This document shows, one piece after another, positions 21,441-34,527 of a stretch of 64,000 nt of DNA. The stretch is from Perkinsus chesapeaki ATCC PRA-425 (Eukaryota > Protista > Perkinsozoa). The stretch is taken from the NCBI GenBank assembly GCA_013115145.1, contig JAAPAO010000009.1, positions 62,001 to 126,000 of the forward strand, written 5' to 3'. Under the pieces are notes generated by a model. It was not told where the DNA came from, made no database searches, and saw only the letters and a program-made list of their open reading frames with translations. The stretch's first letter is position 1. Every line of letters begins with the position of its first letter. The translations under genes and the position numbers were made by a program.

Positions 21441-22130
21441 TTAAAGAACGTTACTGAGAGCAATAGCTCCGACTGCTGCGCCCCCGGCAACTGAGACAGC
21501 TGTTCTAACAGCGTTCGAAGTTGCAGGAACAACCGGAGGCGGGGCAGGAGGCTGCGTGGTGCCAGTAGCACCTTCATATTGGCATTGGGCAGCAGGGGAC
21601 CATCCATCAGGCATCTGATCGGGATAGTAATGTCTCAATGTCTCCGTCTGATAGTCAGCACAATAGCACTTCTTAAGACCACCGTGGCATACACGACCGC
21701 TATCAGGCTCCCACACAAGGCAGTATCCACCAGGCTCGGCCTGAGAGCAGTAATCCTCCCAACAATCCATCAACTTAACGGGGTCAGGCGTGATGCACGT
21801 GTTATTGCCAGGGTTGAACTGGTAATCGAGACACCAACCGGTGGGGCAGGCAGGAACTTCACCAGCAGGAACGGGGGTGGTACCAGTTTCGGTACCATTG
21901 GTGCTGCCACCACTAGTGCTGTTAGAAGGAAGGGACGTGGGACCACTGGGGGAACCGGCCGAGGGGCTTGTAGTCGCAACAGGACTAGAAGGCATGGAGG
22001 GCTCGGTTTGACCAGAGGTTGTAGACGCAAGAACAGAACTGGCTGGGGCATTGCTGCCGGTATCAGCCAGAACCCCAGAAAGGGCAACCAAAGATGCGGC
22101 GCTAACAGCAAGAGGTGTGAAGAAGCGCAT
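21441..22130 (-). CDS. Secreted, putatively GPI-anchored mucin-like protein with 8-Cys module, paralog 3
   Basis: MRFFTPLAVSAASLVALSGVLA signal, S/T/P stalk, CPTGWCLDYQFNPGNNTCITPDPVKLMDCWEDYC..., hydrophobic C-terminus. Confidence 0.85.
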   Translation of the reverse strand: MRFFTPLAVSAASLVALSGVLADTGSNAPASSVLASTTSGQTEPSMPSSPVATTSPSAGSPSGPTSLPSNSTSGGSTNGTETGTTPVPAGEVPACPTGWCLDYQFNPGNNTCITPDPVKLMDCWEDYCSQAEPGGYCLVWEPDSGRVCHGGLKKCYCADYQTETLRHYYPDQMPDGWSPAAQCQYEGATGTTQPPAPPPVVPATSNAVRTAVSVAGGAAVGAIALSNVL

Positions 22131-22427
22131 TGTATTTAAAGAGGAAGAAGAAACAGTAACTAGAGGGAACGATAAGGGAACGTAAGTTTCTGTCTCCAGA
22201 GCACAATAAATAAATTTTCTGGATATTTTAGCTAAGGCCGCGCAACTGCTAGCACGCAAACGCACCGTCCCGCTACCCATTGAGTTGAACCACGATACGG
22301 AACGCTCATAAAGCATTTCTCACTCGACACAACTCTGAGGCATTGGTAGTAAGAACGTATAATGCTGGTAGAGAAACGTTGGACAGTGGAGGGGGTGTCC
22401 GGTAGGGTACAAGGCGAAGAACTGAGC

Positions 22428-25400
22428 TTAGACCCACATTTGAACGCGACCGTCTCCCAGTGTGAGGACCACCCAAGGCTGGTGAGGGTGCCACGAGCAG
22501 GAGAGGACACGACCACCGTCCTTAGGGCGAAGCTTCTTCACTGGAACCACAAGGGGGTTCGACATCGCATCATTGTACCTGACATTACACAACTAAAGGA
22601 GACAGACTTCACCACAACCGCGACACAAAGCGGCGTAAATCACAAGTTTGTGTGATTGGAAATCGAACCAGCAAGCGAGGTTGGCGGTCCAGATGAAGAG
22701 CATGAGTTGCTAGGGTCGTACACTTTAGTATGGAAGACATGCGCGCTGCCATCATCGGAACACGTCGCCATAAGGGGCAGTCGTCCGGCAGCCAGCGGGT
22801 GGAACTCGACATCGCGAACTACACGTTTATGGTATCTGAGGAACAAGCACTGAGCACCCTGCATTGGGAAGCAGTAGCCCTAGTAGTGATCGTGAGCGAA
22901 TTAGTAAGCTATAAACCGAATACTAACTCCGGTAGCAAACCCGTCAACACAGATTTCAAGGGGCCGGCGCAGCCCACGGCTGGGAGCCCTCGGGCCGCCC
23001 AAGGGCTCTTTACGAGCCGGTTGTAAGCGCCACAGGGGGTGCCCCTCTCACCTCCACGTCTTCCAAGGTTTGTTGCCAAGCTCATTATCAAACCAACAGA
23101 GTCGTCTATCCTGACTGACGATGGTGAGATGCTCACCAGTGCCAGGGAAGACCGAAATGGCCATGATGTGCTGAGCACCCGATACGTAGGTACGGACCAG
23201 TGATTGGGCCTTTAGGTCATACAAGCGCACCTGACAATCAAAATGAACCGCGAAGCAACTCGATTCATCAAATGCTTCTTCAGTGCTGGCACGCCTGCGC
23301 AGCGAACGAATTTGCAGCACGCGTGCGCATATCAGGGCAGCCGATCGCGAGGATACTTACGTTCTTCTGTGTGCAAATATAAAACTGAGGCTTCCTAGGG
23401 TGGAAGGCTGATGCCTGAATCTTGCCACCCTTGGACTTGCTGAATGGCCGTATTGTCTTTTGTGATCTCAGGTTGTGAATAACGCATTGGGACCGAACTT
23501 GAACCGCGTTGGGGGCGACGTGGGAGAGGTACCAGCCTGAAACAACAACAACAACAACCTGCCATCCCCCTAAACCACCCCAACTCCGCCACCTCTAGGA
23601 TGCCACGTCAACTTCGTGATATCCGCCCGCTCATCTGCCTTGATAACAAGTCCCTCGAAACCTGGCGCGTCACTTAGTGGCGTCCAGTCCCTAAGCAACA
23701 CGGATCTTATAGCCGCACATGCCTGAGAGTAGCCTACCCTCCCTCTACGGGCTCCAGGATGTCGATACTGCCGGCGGTTCGTTTCACTCCAGGGGCGCCT
23801 TCCTCATCATCACTGTCATCACCTTCGTCATCAGAGTCCTCCTCAACTGCTGCCTCGGTGGCCTTGACGCACTGTGGCCTGGAGGAATCATCTATACGGT
23901 GATACGGGGCACTCTTCAGTTACCGAAGTAGCTCCACAGTGCCATTGTCGGTACCCACAGCAATTATATCAGCGTACTTGGGATGCCAGGCTACACATAG
24001 CGGAGCGACGTCCACTTCAATTTCAACCACTGAACAAAGAAGGCTATTAAACTCCTTATCCCGGAGATTCCTGAATTCAGACCGAGAGGTTTCATCTACG
24101 TGGGAGCGCCCTTTTCTACCTACACGAGATAACCTATAAGGAAAGTAACGTTCGTTTTCGGAGTAGGTATCGTTCTGTTGGTCATCCAGCAATCACCGTT
24201 ACTACATTCCCCTTCCTCATTCTTTTGCTTCACCATTGCCTTAGTTGGTGCTCGGTGTATCAGGCAGCACCCACTCGATGTGTCCCAGATCCTCAGACCA
24301 TCAGCCGCACATGTAGCCAGCAGCTCACCGCTAAAATTCCAAGAGTAAACCGGTAAACCATCTCGCAGGCTTACGTCACGTTAAAGCTACTATCGGTGAC
24401 TTTCTCATGATGGCCCTTGAAGTCCACGCCCACAGTGGTAGGGAAGGGACGGAGATCCGAAGGGGAAGGTAGCTGGGGCAGCAAGGACAGAGGATCTGGC
24501 AACGACACAGCCTTGGTCAGCAGGATCCTATAAGCTGGATACTTACCAACGTTCATCTTCTTCTTGACGACCCTAGGGCAAAGATAGAGGTCCAGACAAC
24601 GCTCAAAGCGCTCTTTGAGGAAATCCCTGTAGAAGGGGACGTGGCGAAGACAAGAGAACTTCTCCGGCATGTAGTTCTGTTTTCTTATACTGTCATCGCC
24701 GGCTTCCCATTCAGCCTTCTCCGCCTACAAGTCCAATTAGAGACCACCTACCCCATCGACGCCCCTACATCATCGAAAAGGTACTCCTCGGGCGGGTTGT
24801 AGCTCTCGCTGTGAGTCGGCAAGGCCTGCTTGGGCGCTGGAATCGGTGCTGGTCCTACCGATTCGGAATTACCGCACAAAGTACCAGGACAGACCTACCC
24901 TTCAGTTTGCGGCCTTCACCTTCCTCGTCCTCATCGCGCCATGCGTCAAAGACTTCCTAGCAAACGAAAATCACCGAAAAGCCGCAGCAGCGGGCAGAGC
25001 TCTACCTCCTTCTTGGGCTTCTCCTCACCCTTGGGCTTGATAATGCCAGCTCTGATGAGCTTGATCAACCTCTTAACCTTCCGGGCCTCATCCTGGTCCG
25101 GCATGAAGGACTTCTTGGAGGGATATCGGGTGCGAAGAGGATGGATTTTATCTTCCAACCGATCTTCATATTCGACCTGATAAGTGCACTGTGAAGTACT
25201 GGTAGCAGTTAACTGGCCTAATTATGAACCCAATAGGGACCTAGATAACGGCGAATTGCTTGGGAATGGGTTCAGTAATATCGGATCATACTACTCAAGT
25301 ATGTGTTGATGATACAAACTATTACAACGTACAACGGCTAGTACTTTGCGTTTACGATATACATAGTAAGCTGCAAACAGCGGTGATAAGAAACTCTTTG

Positions 25401-26404
25401 CCTACCTGGAACTCCTCATCTTCCTCACCATCACCACGGCCAGTCGGGTAAAGCCCCTTTCGTATACGCCTGAGAAAGGTAGTCAGCCACATAGCTCCAT
25501 AGCAGTTGTTTTACTGTATTATCCTGAGGTCGCTATCAGTAAGCTTAATCTCCCTATCATTCTCAACATCGGTGATAGTCCGCCAGGCATCAGGATCCTC
25601 AGCCTACAAGCACCCAGATGACTCCAACCCTCCTCTTAGGATCCCAGTATTACTGCTCTGAGAAGAGTATCTATCTCCGAAGTCTTCACAGTGCGAGCGA
25701 TCTTCTTCCCGGATATATCGTAGCCGATATGGTCGTGGTTGTCCAGGTACCATTTCAACGGCACTTTACCGATACGATTCCGAGTGTACCTGGTGCTCTG
25801 TGAACTCGGTCATACCGTGCTCCCCACTTACTCATCCTCAGAATCATCTGAGTCGTAGTCTTCTTCATCGCTTTCCGAGGACCCTTCTCCCCTGAAGCCA
25901 TGATCTTGCACAACAAGAGTCTAACCACGTCAGATGCACAAGACAGATTCCGATTAGCCTATTCGTTTCCTAACGATTATCCCCAAAGTTCTAAAGGACC
26001 CTAAGCCCAGCATAGATATCAGGAGTAGCGGCCATATATGTAAAATAATAATAGCGCCACTGTTTCAGTGGAAGCAAATGGAAGCAACTAATCGCGTATG
26101 AAGGTGACCCGAAGCCGCACCACTGAGAATCTTCCTCTATATTATAGCATCACATACCGCATCGCTCCATACAGTACATTATTAGACATTCAAGTGTCCT
26201 ATGGTACCCAGTGTACTACTCTTCATCGCCACTAGCAAGAGTACTGGCGTTTTCAGCGTCCTCATCCTCGCCGATTTCAAATCCAGATATCTCCTTGGAA
26301 TCACCCAAGTCCCCCAACGCTTCATCTTCTTCTCGAACAGGCTTCTCAGCCGGAGCGGCTCCATCGTCAGAGACGACGTGACGGGTCTTCTTGGCGGAAG
26401 GCAT
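22428..26404 (-). CDS. BOP1: Ribosome biogenesis protein BOP1/Erb1 (WD40), multi-exon
   Basis: [94 protein letters not shown]. Confidence 0.95.
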
Positions 26405-26590
26405 GAAGCTAACCACTGTAAAGAGAGGCCTGTTGTGGGTTAGTGACGGAGTGAAGAGCGATAACGATTATACTAAACTGCGCGAAAAAGTCCGATGACG
26501 GAGGGCTTCGCATAATCGCCCTAAATACGGCCCGATATGCCCAAAACCACTCTGTTGCCCTTTAGACTACTTCCGGCCCCTTTCTATACT

Positions 26591-29500
26591 ATGGATCCTG
26601 ATGTGGGAGGCGACGAAGTGAAGCCGAAAGTATCTTACGTTGATGTGGCCACGGGAAACAGGACTGTTTACGCTAAGGCCGAGGAGGAAGCGAATCTTGA
26701 CTTTCCAGCGAATAAAGTCAGAAATTCCAAGTAGTAACTCGGGTCAACCTAAGAGGTCTTGGCTCGGCGTATCTTCTTGGATACCTGGAAGGTCGATTGG
26801 GATGCCTCTTGGACAGGTACCGTTGGTGGAATTTCCTTCCTACCGCGTTGTTCCGGCAATTCCGGCAACCCATCAACCTTTACTTTCTGATAATCATTAT
26901 CTTGAGGAGCATACCCAGCATAAGCTCCCTGAAACCAGTCTCAGACGCTATGGCCCTGTTTTTCGTAAGGTGCATGCTTCAACCTAAGATACTTTTGCGC
27001 GCTAGGTGGTCTTCGTCTCTATACTTCGGGAAGGTCTCGAGGACTGGAATACTCATCAGGAAGACAAAAGAATCAATAGCACTACTTGCTATGCTAGGCG
27101 CCGAGCGGGTAATTCAGCTGGACATATCTTGGGTTGAAGCGCTTGCCCAGGTCCCGATGGTGAAGATTCTTGGCGAGAAATCAAATGGATGGATGTGCAG
27201 GTACTTGGGTTACCCATGCATCGAATCCTAGGTCGATTCAACCGGCAGTCACAAAGGGTTTCGAAATCATGCAATGTGATTTTCGAACGGGACGTTGCCT
27301 GAAGAGGAGACCTGTTGAGACCATGATTGCTGCACGTATCTTAGGTCGGAGATGTCCTCCTTGTGTACTGTAACGATGCTATTCCCGCCGATATGGTGGT
27401 CTTTGGTAGCAGCCGAGGTGGCGAGCTTCATGTGAGCTTCAAGGAAAGATTCCCCTCCGAGTGTCCGGGCAGATACAAACAGCATCGCTAGACGGAGAGA
27501 CTACTTTGAAATCCAAGTTCTCTCCCTCAGTTGGTAACGAGTCTCACGATAGGATCCGGAGGTGGGAAGTCCCCGAGAGTCGTCCATCGCAGGGAACCGG
27601 TCAGACACACCACGACGACATTCGCGGAGCCGCCATCACCTTCTTTGAACGGCAAGCTGGATAACGGTGCCTTTGTTACCTGTGGGAGGCCTATTGGCAA
27701 TTTGGATCTCTTCCATGGAGTACTCAGGCTACATGAGGATGGAGCTCCGGTAGTAGGGTCATAGTTTGAGCAACGCAAACGTACGGTGGACTGCAGCACT
27801 AACCTTTCCAGCGGGCTTCTTGCAACTCAAACTTCGATAATTTGCACTTGGGGACTCGAGCCGCGCGCCGCTAGCGAGCTATACAGTGTAGGCAGGCCGC
27901 AACGCGGGAAATCCTCACGTGAACTTTATGCTTTTGGAGAGCAATTGCTCGCCACTATCCGGCGTATGGGTATCACTGAGGTCTTTTGAAGGATGACTAA
28001 CGTGGTGATCACAATTATCCGAGTCACCTGTGAAGGCCTGATTCACTTGTCAAGAATGAGCCGGAACGCTAAGGCCGAGACCCAACGTACGGTCCACAGC
28101 TGATACATAATACGCAGCGGATTACGTGAATCACTTAATGCTTTTGTTCCCTCGCCTGGGATGAATGAGAGTAATGAGGAAGCTTTTATTATCAGGTACC
28201 TTTAACTGCAGAGAACTTCGTCCCTCGAGACGCTATATTGAAGAATGCTGAGTGGATCTACGGCATGGCTGTGTACGCCGTGCTCTATTTTACGCCAAGG
28301 ACATCATCCTTCCGTGCCTCAGTTACACAGGCCCAGACACGAAAGTGATGGTAGGGCAGAACACGCCGCCAGTGAAGGTCAGTAAGGTCCAGAGGAAGCT
28401 AGTTCAAATGGTGGGCTTCAGTCTCGTGGCTTACAGGTGCTTACAGGACTTGCTTTCAGGTTCTGATAATCTTGTGCATTCAAGTTGTTATGTGTTTGAG
28501 TATGGGTATTGGTAATGCCTCCTCGGCTCTTGCGAGATCTTCGTCAGCGGTGCCGTGGTACATTGTGGGATACTCATCAGTATCGGGGGTAATAGTAACA
28601 GGGAGGTGTTACGTTGCTAAAACCTTGGGCTGGTTTTATCGATTCACCAGGGATATTTGGGCTGCAGTCTGGTTCACTGGATAGATACGTGTTTAGTAAC
28701 ATCCAAGTGCACTCGACCTATGGATCCATATTATAGCCACTAGTTATACCATTTGTAGCATTCTGATTCTGGTATTCTAACTCACACAATTTCTCGCGTG
28801 CGAATGATCCTCTATTTGAATGTAAGCAGTTGAAAGCGTGGTCTCAGCCCTAGTTGATTTCACAGTAGCGAATCGACAAAACCGAGGCAGTCTGGCGCTA
28901 CTACTGAAGGACTGCATGCCTGTGTTGTTACCTCAGGGCATAGATTTCATAATAACAGTGGTATCATATATACCTATACTGCAGTCCTTGGTACCACTGG
29001 CATTGATGGTCACATTGGAGATGGTCAGGCTTATGCAGAGCTACTTCATAGAGTAATAAGGCTGACTGAGACTTTTCCTGGGTTGACGCTACTTGGGAGC
29101 CTACGAGCTGGGCAACGGGAAGTGTGAAAGTTGGACGATCTTCTTTTGATCAATGAGGAATGAGTTGTTCTGGACTTTGCACCTTTCACTGGGACCTTGA
29201 GCAGCTATAATAATGCGCTGTATAGGTACGATACCAGGATGCGATATGAGGACCAGCGCGCAGTGTGCCGTACTACTACTATTAATGAGGACCTTGGTCA
29301 AGTTGGTTATATCTTTTCTGATAAGACTGGGACACTTACGGCCAACGAGCTTCGCTTGAGGGCTATCACTGTGGGGCATGTCCATTACGGAGGCCCAGTA
29401 GGGTCACCTGATGGACTAGAGGAACAAGGTGATAATCACCAGAGTGGCAGTGAAGGGTTTGATGGCCTTGGGGATGGCGAGGAGGAGTATGAAGGTAGTA

Positions 29501-32500
29501 CAGCAGTGGGGTACTGATTGCAGTGTGACTCTTAAAATGATATCGTATGAGGACGGATATCTTTTACCTGTCTTTGCGATAAAACATTCGTCCTCTTGGG
29601 AGGCATCATGCGCATGGGGGAATGTAGGGTCTGGAGTTTACATTGTCAGGAGCCCCATCGCCAGCTACATTCGACCGTTCGCTGTTCATGAAGCATCTTA
29701 GAGGGGCAGCAACCGACAGTAGTGTAGCTCTTGAAGTTGGAGCAGGCGTTAAGATATCATCACAGAAGGATGTACTGCATCATTTTGCAAGTCTTATGGC
29801 AACCTGTCACTCCGTCACTCCTGAGTAAGTATAACCTCGAAGGTATCCAACACTGTTATTGACTATGTGACTGTTCGCTGATTGGTAATGCAAAGGTAAC
29901 GCAATATATTGTCTCCAGCGTACATGTAGAATAATTCGTCCTTATATCTCTTTTTTTACTTCCTTGTTGGATACTGTTCTAAGCAGTTTGTCTTGCGAAG
30001 GGAGGGAGGCGTTTGAAATCTCATGTCCATTTGTTGTCAGTTTTGGTACGACAGCTGCAGCCCTGAGCGCTAAGTTGAGCATGAAAGTGGCCCATAATCA
30101 ATCTCACCGGGCCTCTGTAGTGGCAAAAATGTCGGATGGCTGGCGGCCTAAGTATGCAGGGGAAAGTCCTGACGAGTGCTGCTTGGTGGAGGCCGCAGCA
30201 GTGTGTCTAGGGTGAGCTCGGGCTACTGTGTTGGGAAGTTCCCAATGGGAACTGTTATTTGTATTATACTGTATTTGATATGAAGGAGTGTTATGGGGAT
30301 CTCGTACAGGCACAAGTTGATCCAGAGAGACCAGTCAGATCTGCTGGTAGATCTGGAAGTAAGCAGCAGTGAAGGCCCACAGAAGTGGCGAGTGGAGGGT
30401 GTGATACCGTTTACTAATGAGAGAAAGAGAAGTACGGTCATTATTAAGCCACCAGATATTCAAGATGTAATACCACGGTTCGGTGATCGCTGTATTCACG
30501 GTATTGTTAAGGTACTTTACATCTACACTAAAGGAGCCGATGATGTTATGCTTACTCGACTGAGCTCCGAGCCTAGCTGCCAGGAGGTCACTGATTCGCT
30601 TGTGGAGGCTGTGAATAGGTATGAAGAAAGAGCTTGGATAAAGCGAGATATTGGTTCGGCAGATACAGCCATGAGGGATTTCGAACACTCATATTTGCCA
30701 TGAAGGCGATTACGCGATCAGAATGGGAGGAATATAAAGACAAGGTAAGCGTCGGAAAATTCATCAGCCAACTCAAACGATTTGCGGTGGAGGGGCCCTG
30801 AATGAGCCAGCCACTCGTATCTGGTGACTATATTTATTACTGTCACTATTTTACTGACCCTAGTAATGGCCCCCGTCAATGGAAAGGATGTCAAACGGTA
30901 CACAGTCGATCTATGAGAAGACTATCTGTACCTCATTCGCATCTAATAGAGTGAATACAGCGCTAATATTTCAATATTAGCTCATGCGATAGATCCCAAA
31001 GCGCTCCTAACTTAGGAGTCCGCAGGATCCGTAAAGCCAAACTCTGAAACTCTGAGAACTCGGCCGCGAGGGAACTGGTAACCTCCTCCGGTAACAAAAA
31101 TACCGAAAACCCTCAACAAGTGTGTGGTACCTTGGGAATAGGTCAGTGGAATGTCCGTTCTTTTCGGAGTTCGGGCAGGACACTGGACCTAAATGCCTGA
31201 TTGTAATCATCTGTCACAATCCGACGGTCCAACTTCTGTGTCAGGAAGCGGAATAAAAATGGTATTGAATCTATCGGATAACTGCTATCCCATTAGCTTC
31301 TCTCAAAGTGGCGCATCTGTAGCCTTGTAGACTACAAGGGTGAACTACAAGTTGGATGCAGTGTAGTTCAACTATATGCCGGGCCGGTACTACCGCTTAT
31401 TGACTCGGATATGTTCAACGAATTCGAGTTCCGTGCTATGAATCCACCCTTGGTGAACACGGTTTAGGTCGTTCCCGAGATCTGGTACAAGTTGGAACCA
31501 GACTTAAGGTTGTTCATCTACACTGGCTCCACAAAATTTTCGGGCACTGGTGTGGTGGATGAGAGAACCATTTTTGTGAAATTTTCTGCAATTTCCAGGG
31601 AAGAACTCCATCCGATTACCTGATGGCAGACAATGGTATTCTACCGTTGGTAGACCCTCAACCCACGAATAAATACAATTGTCTATGTATATGAAATAAG
31701 GATATTAAGTCATACTGCTAATATCCGATGATCTTCAATAATGACCTTTAAGCAAAGTCGTTTCTACGATCAGCGAACGCCGGTTACACATTTTCGTCAA
31801 TTCATCGCAGCATTCACTTGAATGCGTCTATCGCCACTTCGAAAAATAAAATTGGCAAGTTTATTGTTGGATAATGTCCAATGGACGTGTGTCATTCTAC
31901 TTGAGCGACTCAACCTATCAGTAAATCATTCGTTACGCCTTAGTTGAACACGGCTGCCTTGATGGAACCGGGTGTGGATAAGGACGAGCGCTTGGCCAGC
32001 ATCCATGCTGAGCTAGAGTCTGGTCTTGCACCCCTAGGGTGCACTGGAATGGAAGATCGACTTCAGGATCATGTAGCGGTTGTCCCAGCTTCATGACTTC
32101 CATTACTGTCTTAGGTACCCGAAGCCATCATCCGATTGAAGTCGGCAGGCATCCGGGTATGTATGATAACTGGTGACAAGCTAGGCACTGCTGTGGAGAT
32201 CGCAAAGACGTGCGGTCTGATCCACGAATCGGCCGAGGTTTCCGACGAAAGCGTCTCACTCGGATCGAAGGCGGCCATGCAGCAGGCTCTAATAGTGTTC
32301 AATTGTGAGGATCCTGTTGGGTCTTGTGAGGCTTTGAAGCGAGCTTCTGAGGAGCTTGTAAGCACTAGTGCGGCGCCTGTGTTGAAAGCCTGGCCTGCAG
32401 GCGCGAGTGAAAGAAGTTGAACAATCGGGAAGTGATATCTACTTCTCCGTAGTCATCAGTGGAAGAAGCTTGGAACATGCGCTGGACCAGGCGTATAGTG

Positions 32501-34380
32501 AATCTAGGGCTGGATACCCTGGTGCGTACCCTGCAATTTCGTGGCGCGCGGTAGGATCGCTGGTGCTCAGATGATCTCATCGCCAGCTGTTTTACTGATT
32601 TATTGATGGAGGCCTCCGGTGTGGTGGTATGTCGGGCTACGAAGGAACAGAAGAGCCAAGTGGTAGGAAAGTCCACATGCCAGGCGATGCACTAGAAGCA
32701 TTTCAGGTATCCCTGGTAAAGGACCGAGTTGGCAGGAAAGGCGCTCTCTGCCTTGCTATTGGGGATGGTGCTAATGATGTACCGATGCTTAATAAAGCGC
32801 ACGTTGGAATAGGTAATGTATCAATATCAAGATCGAGTTGATACCGAATTTCTCAGCGATCTTCGGTAAAGAAGGTCGGGCTGCTGTGCAGAACGCGGAT
32901 TTTGCGATTGCCCAGTTTTGGCATCTCACTAGGATGCTCCTGGTCCATGGACGTCTTTGCTACCTGAGGATCTCTAAGCTGGTCGGAAGGGTATTGTTTG
33001 GTCGTGTTAACTTAGCCTTAGGTACTGTATTTCTTCTTCAAGAATATGGTGGTGACGGTCCCTCAATGGCTGTATGGTATATTCAATGGCTACAGCGGAG
33101 CGACGTTTTATGATGAATATTACCTTACCTTTTTTAACCTTATCTTCACTGGTTTGGCTCCATTTCTACTAGGGGTAAGTACCCTCATTTCGTGGACTCA
33201 AATTGGCTCTCGGCCGTGTTCTAGGCAGGGCTCGTGGATCCTTCAAAGTGGATCTGTTCGTTTTTCGATGAATATTCATTTGTATCGGCTTATTTTTATG
33301 AAGTGCTTGTTCAGAAATATAATTACTGTAGACTAGTACTGATTGGCGATAGGGGAACTCCTTAGAGTGGAAGTGTGGTAACAAATTATTACCACTAGAA
33401 GTTCTCTCTCTAGAGTGTGCCTAGTACTAGGTTGTGGTAGACTTATCGCTGTTGGATTCCCTTGAGTTTCGGGATCCCCCCCCAGGTATTTGACCGTGAT
33501 GCCTCCCCCGACTTCGATAAGCTCTACGATCTTCCACATGTCTCCGCAGATGTGATTCGACGGGGCTATCCTAAACTGTAAGTCGGCGGTGTCTGCCTTG
33601 CCGGTGGCGCACAAGTGGTTGGTAGGTACTATACAGGGAGGCTCGACAGGATGTTCAGCCGCTACACCATCGTTCCTTGTTGCCTGCTGGCCTTTACTTG
33701 CGGCTTCATCTGCTATGTTGGATCGGTACTGTTAGTGGGAGAGCACGAGGCTGCTGTGGGAGGCTTGTGGTAATACAGATAACTTGGCGCGCGCCAGGAA
33801 ATTGTTGTGATGTGAGAGGCTCCCATCAGGTTGTCATCTGTTTTATGCTACTCGGCCGTGGTCTTCGTGGACCTCTCCATTCTGTTTGTCATCGCCGAAG
33901 AGATCAATCTGGTCCTGGCCACATCCATCTTCCTTTCCTTTTTCCTCTATATAGTGTGGTACGTCCACTTAGAACTCAGTGATACCTTGCCGTTTGATCA
34001 GGCTCATCGTATATTCCTTCGACCCAGGCTCGCGAGTGGCCTACATCAGCTCCTATGTCATCGGACATTCATCGTTCTACCTCACAGCGGCCTTCTGCGG
34101 CCTTATTGGCGTCCTTATTGCCGTGGCTATCGGTGGTGGCTATAAGCGCCATGCTTCTTCCCTGAGAGTCACGTGGCAGCTGGCTCGCTACAAGCCCGCG
34201 GTAAGGAGATCTGTCTCGGCAATAATACGTATTGCGATGCTCTAGGTGAATAGAGCTCATGCCTTTGCGGATAAACAGGAGACCAGAAGGAGCAGCGGGA
34301 CATCGAAGGACCTGTCCGTGGCCGATGTGCTGACAAACGCAGAGGAGCCCTCGGATTCAGAGTCATTGGCGGAGGTCTGA
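26591..34380 (+). CDS. P4-type ATPase (phospholipid flippase), many exons
   Basis: YRWWNFLP, TASLDGETTLK (P4 A-domain), DLGQVGYIFSDKTGTLTAN (phosphorylation site), SPDE, TKGADD, MITGDKLGTA, AIGDGANDVPM, GKEGRAAVQNADFAIAQF...LVHGR. Confidence 0.95.
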
Positions 34381-34527
34381 TCAAACGTGTCTATGTTGAG
34401 CGTTGTTATGCTGTCTTATGGCTGTGCTTGTGCGCCTTATGTTACATGTGATGATGTTCTTGCCGGTTGGCTGTAGACTTGAGTTGTTGCCCTGTGGAGT
34501 GGCGGATTATCAACTTTTAGTTTTGCC

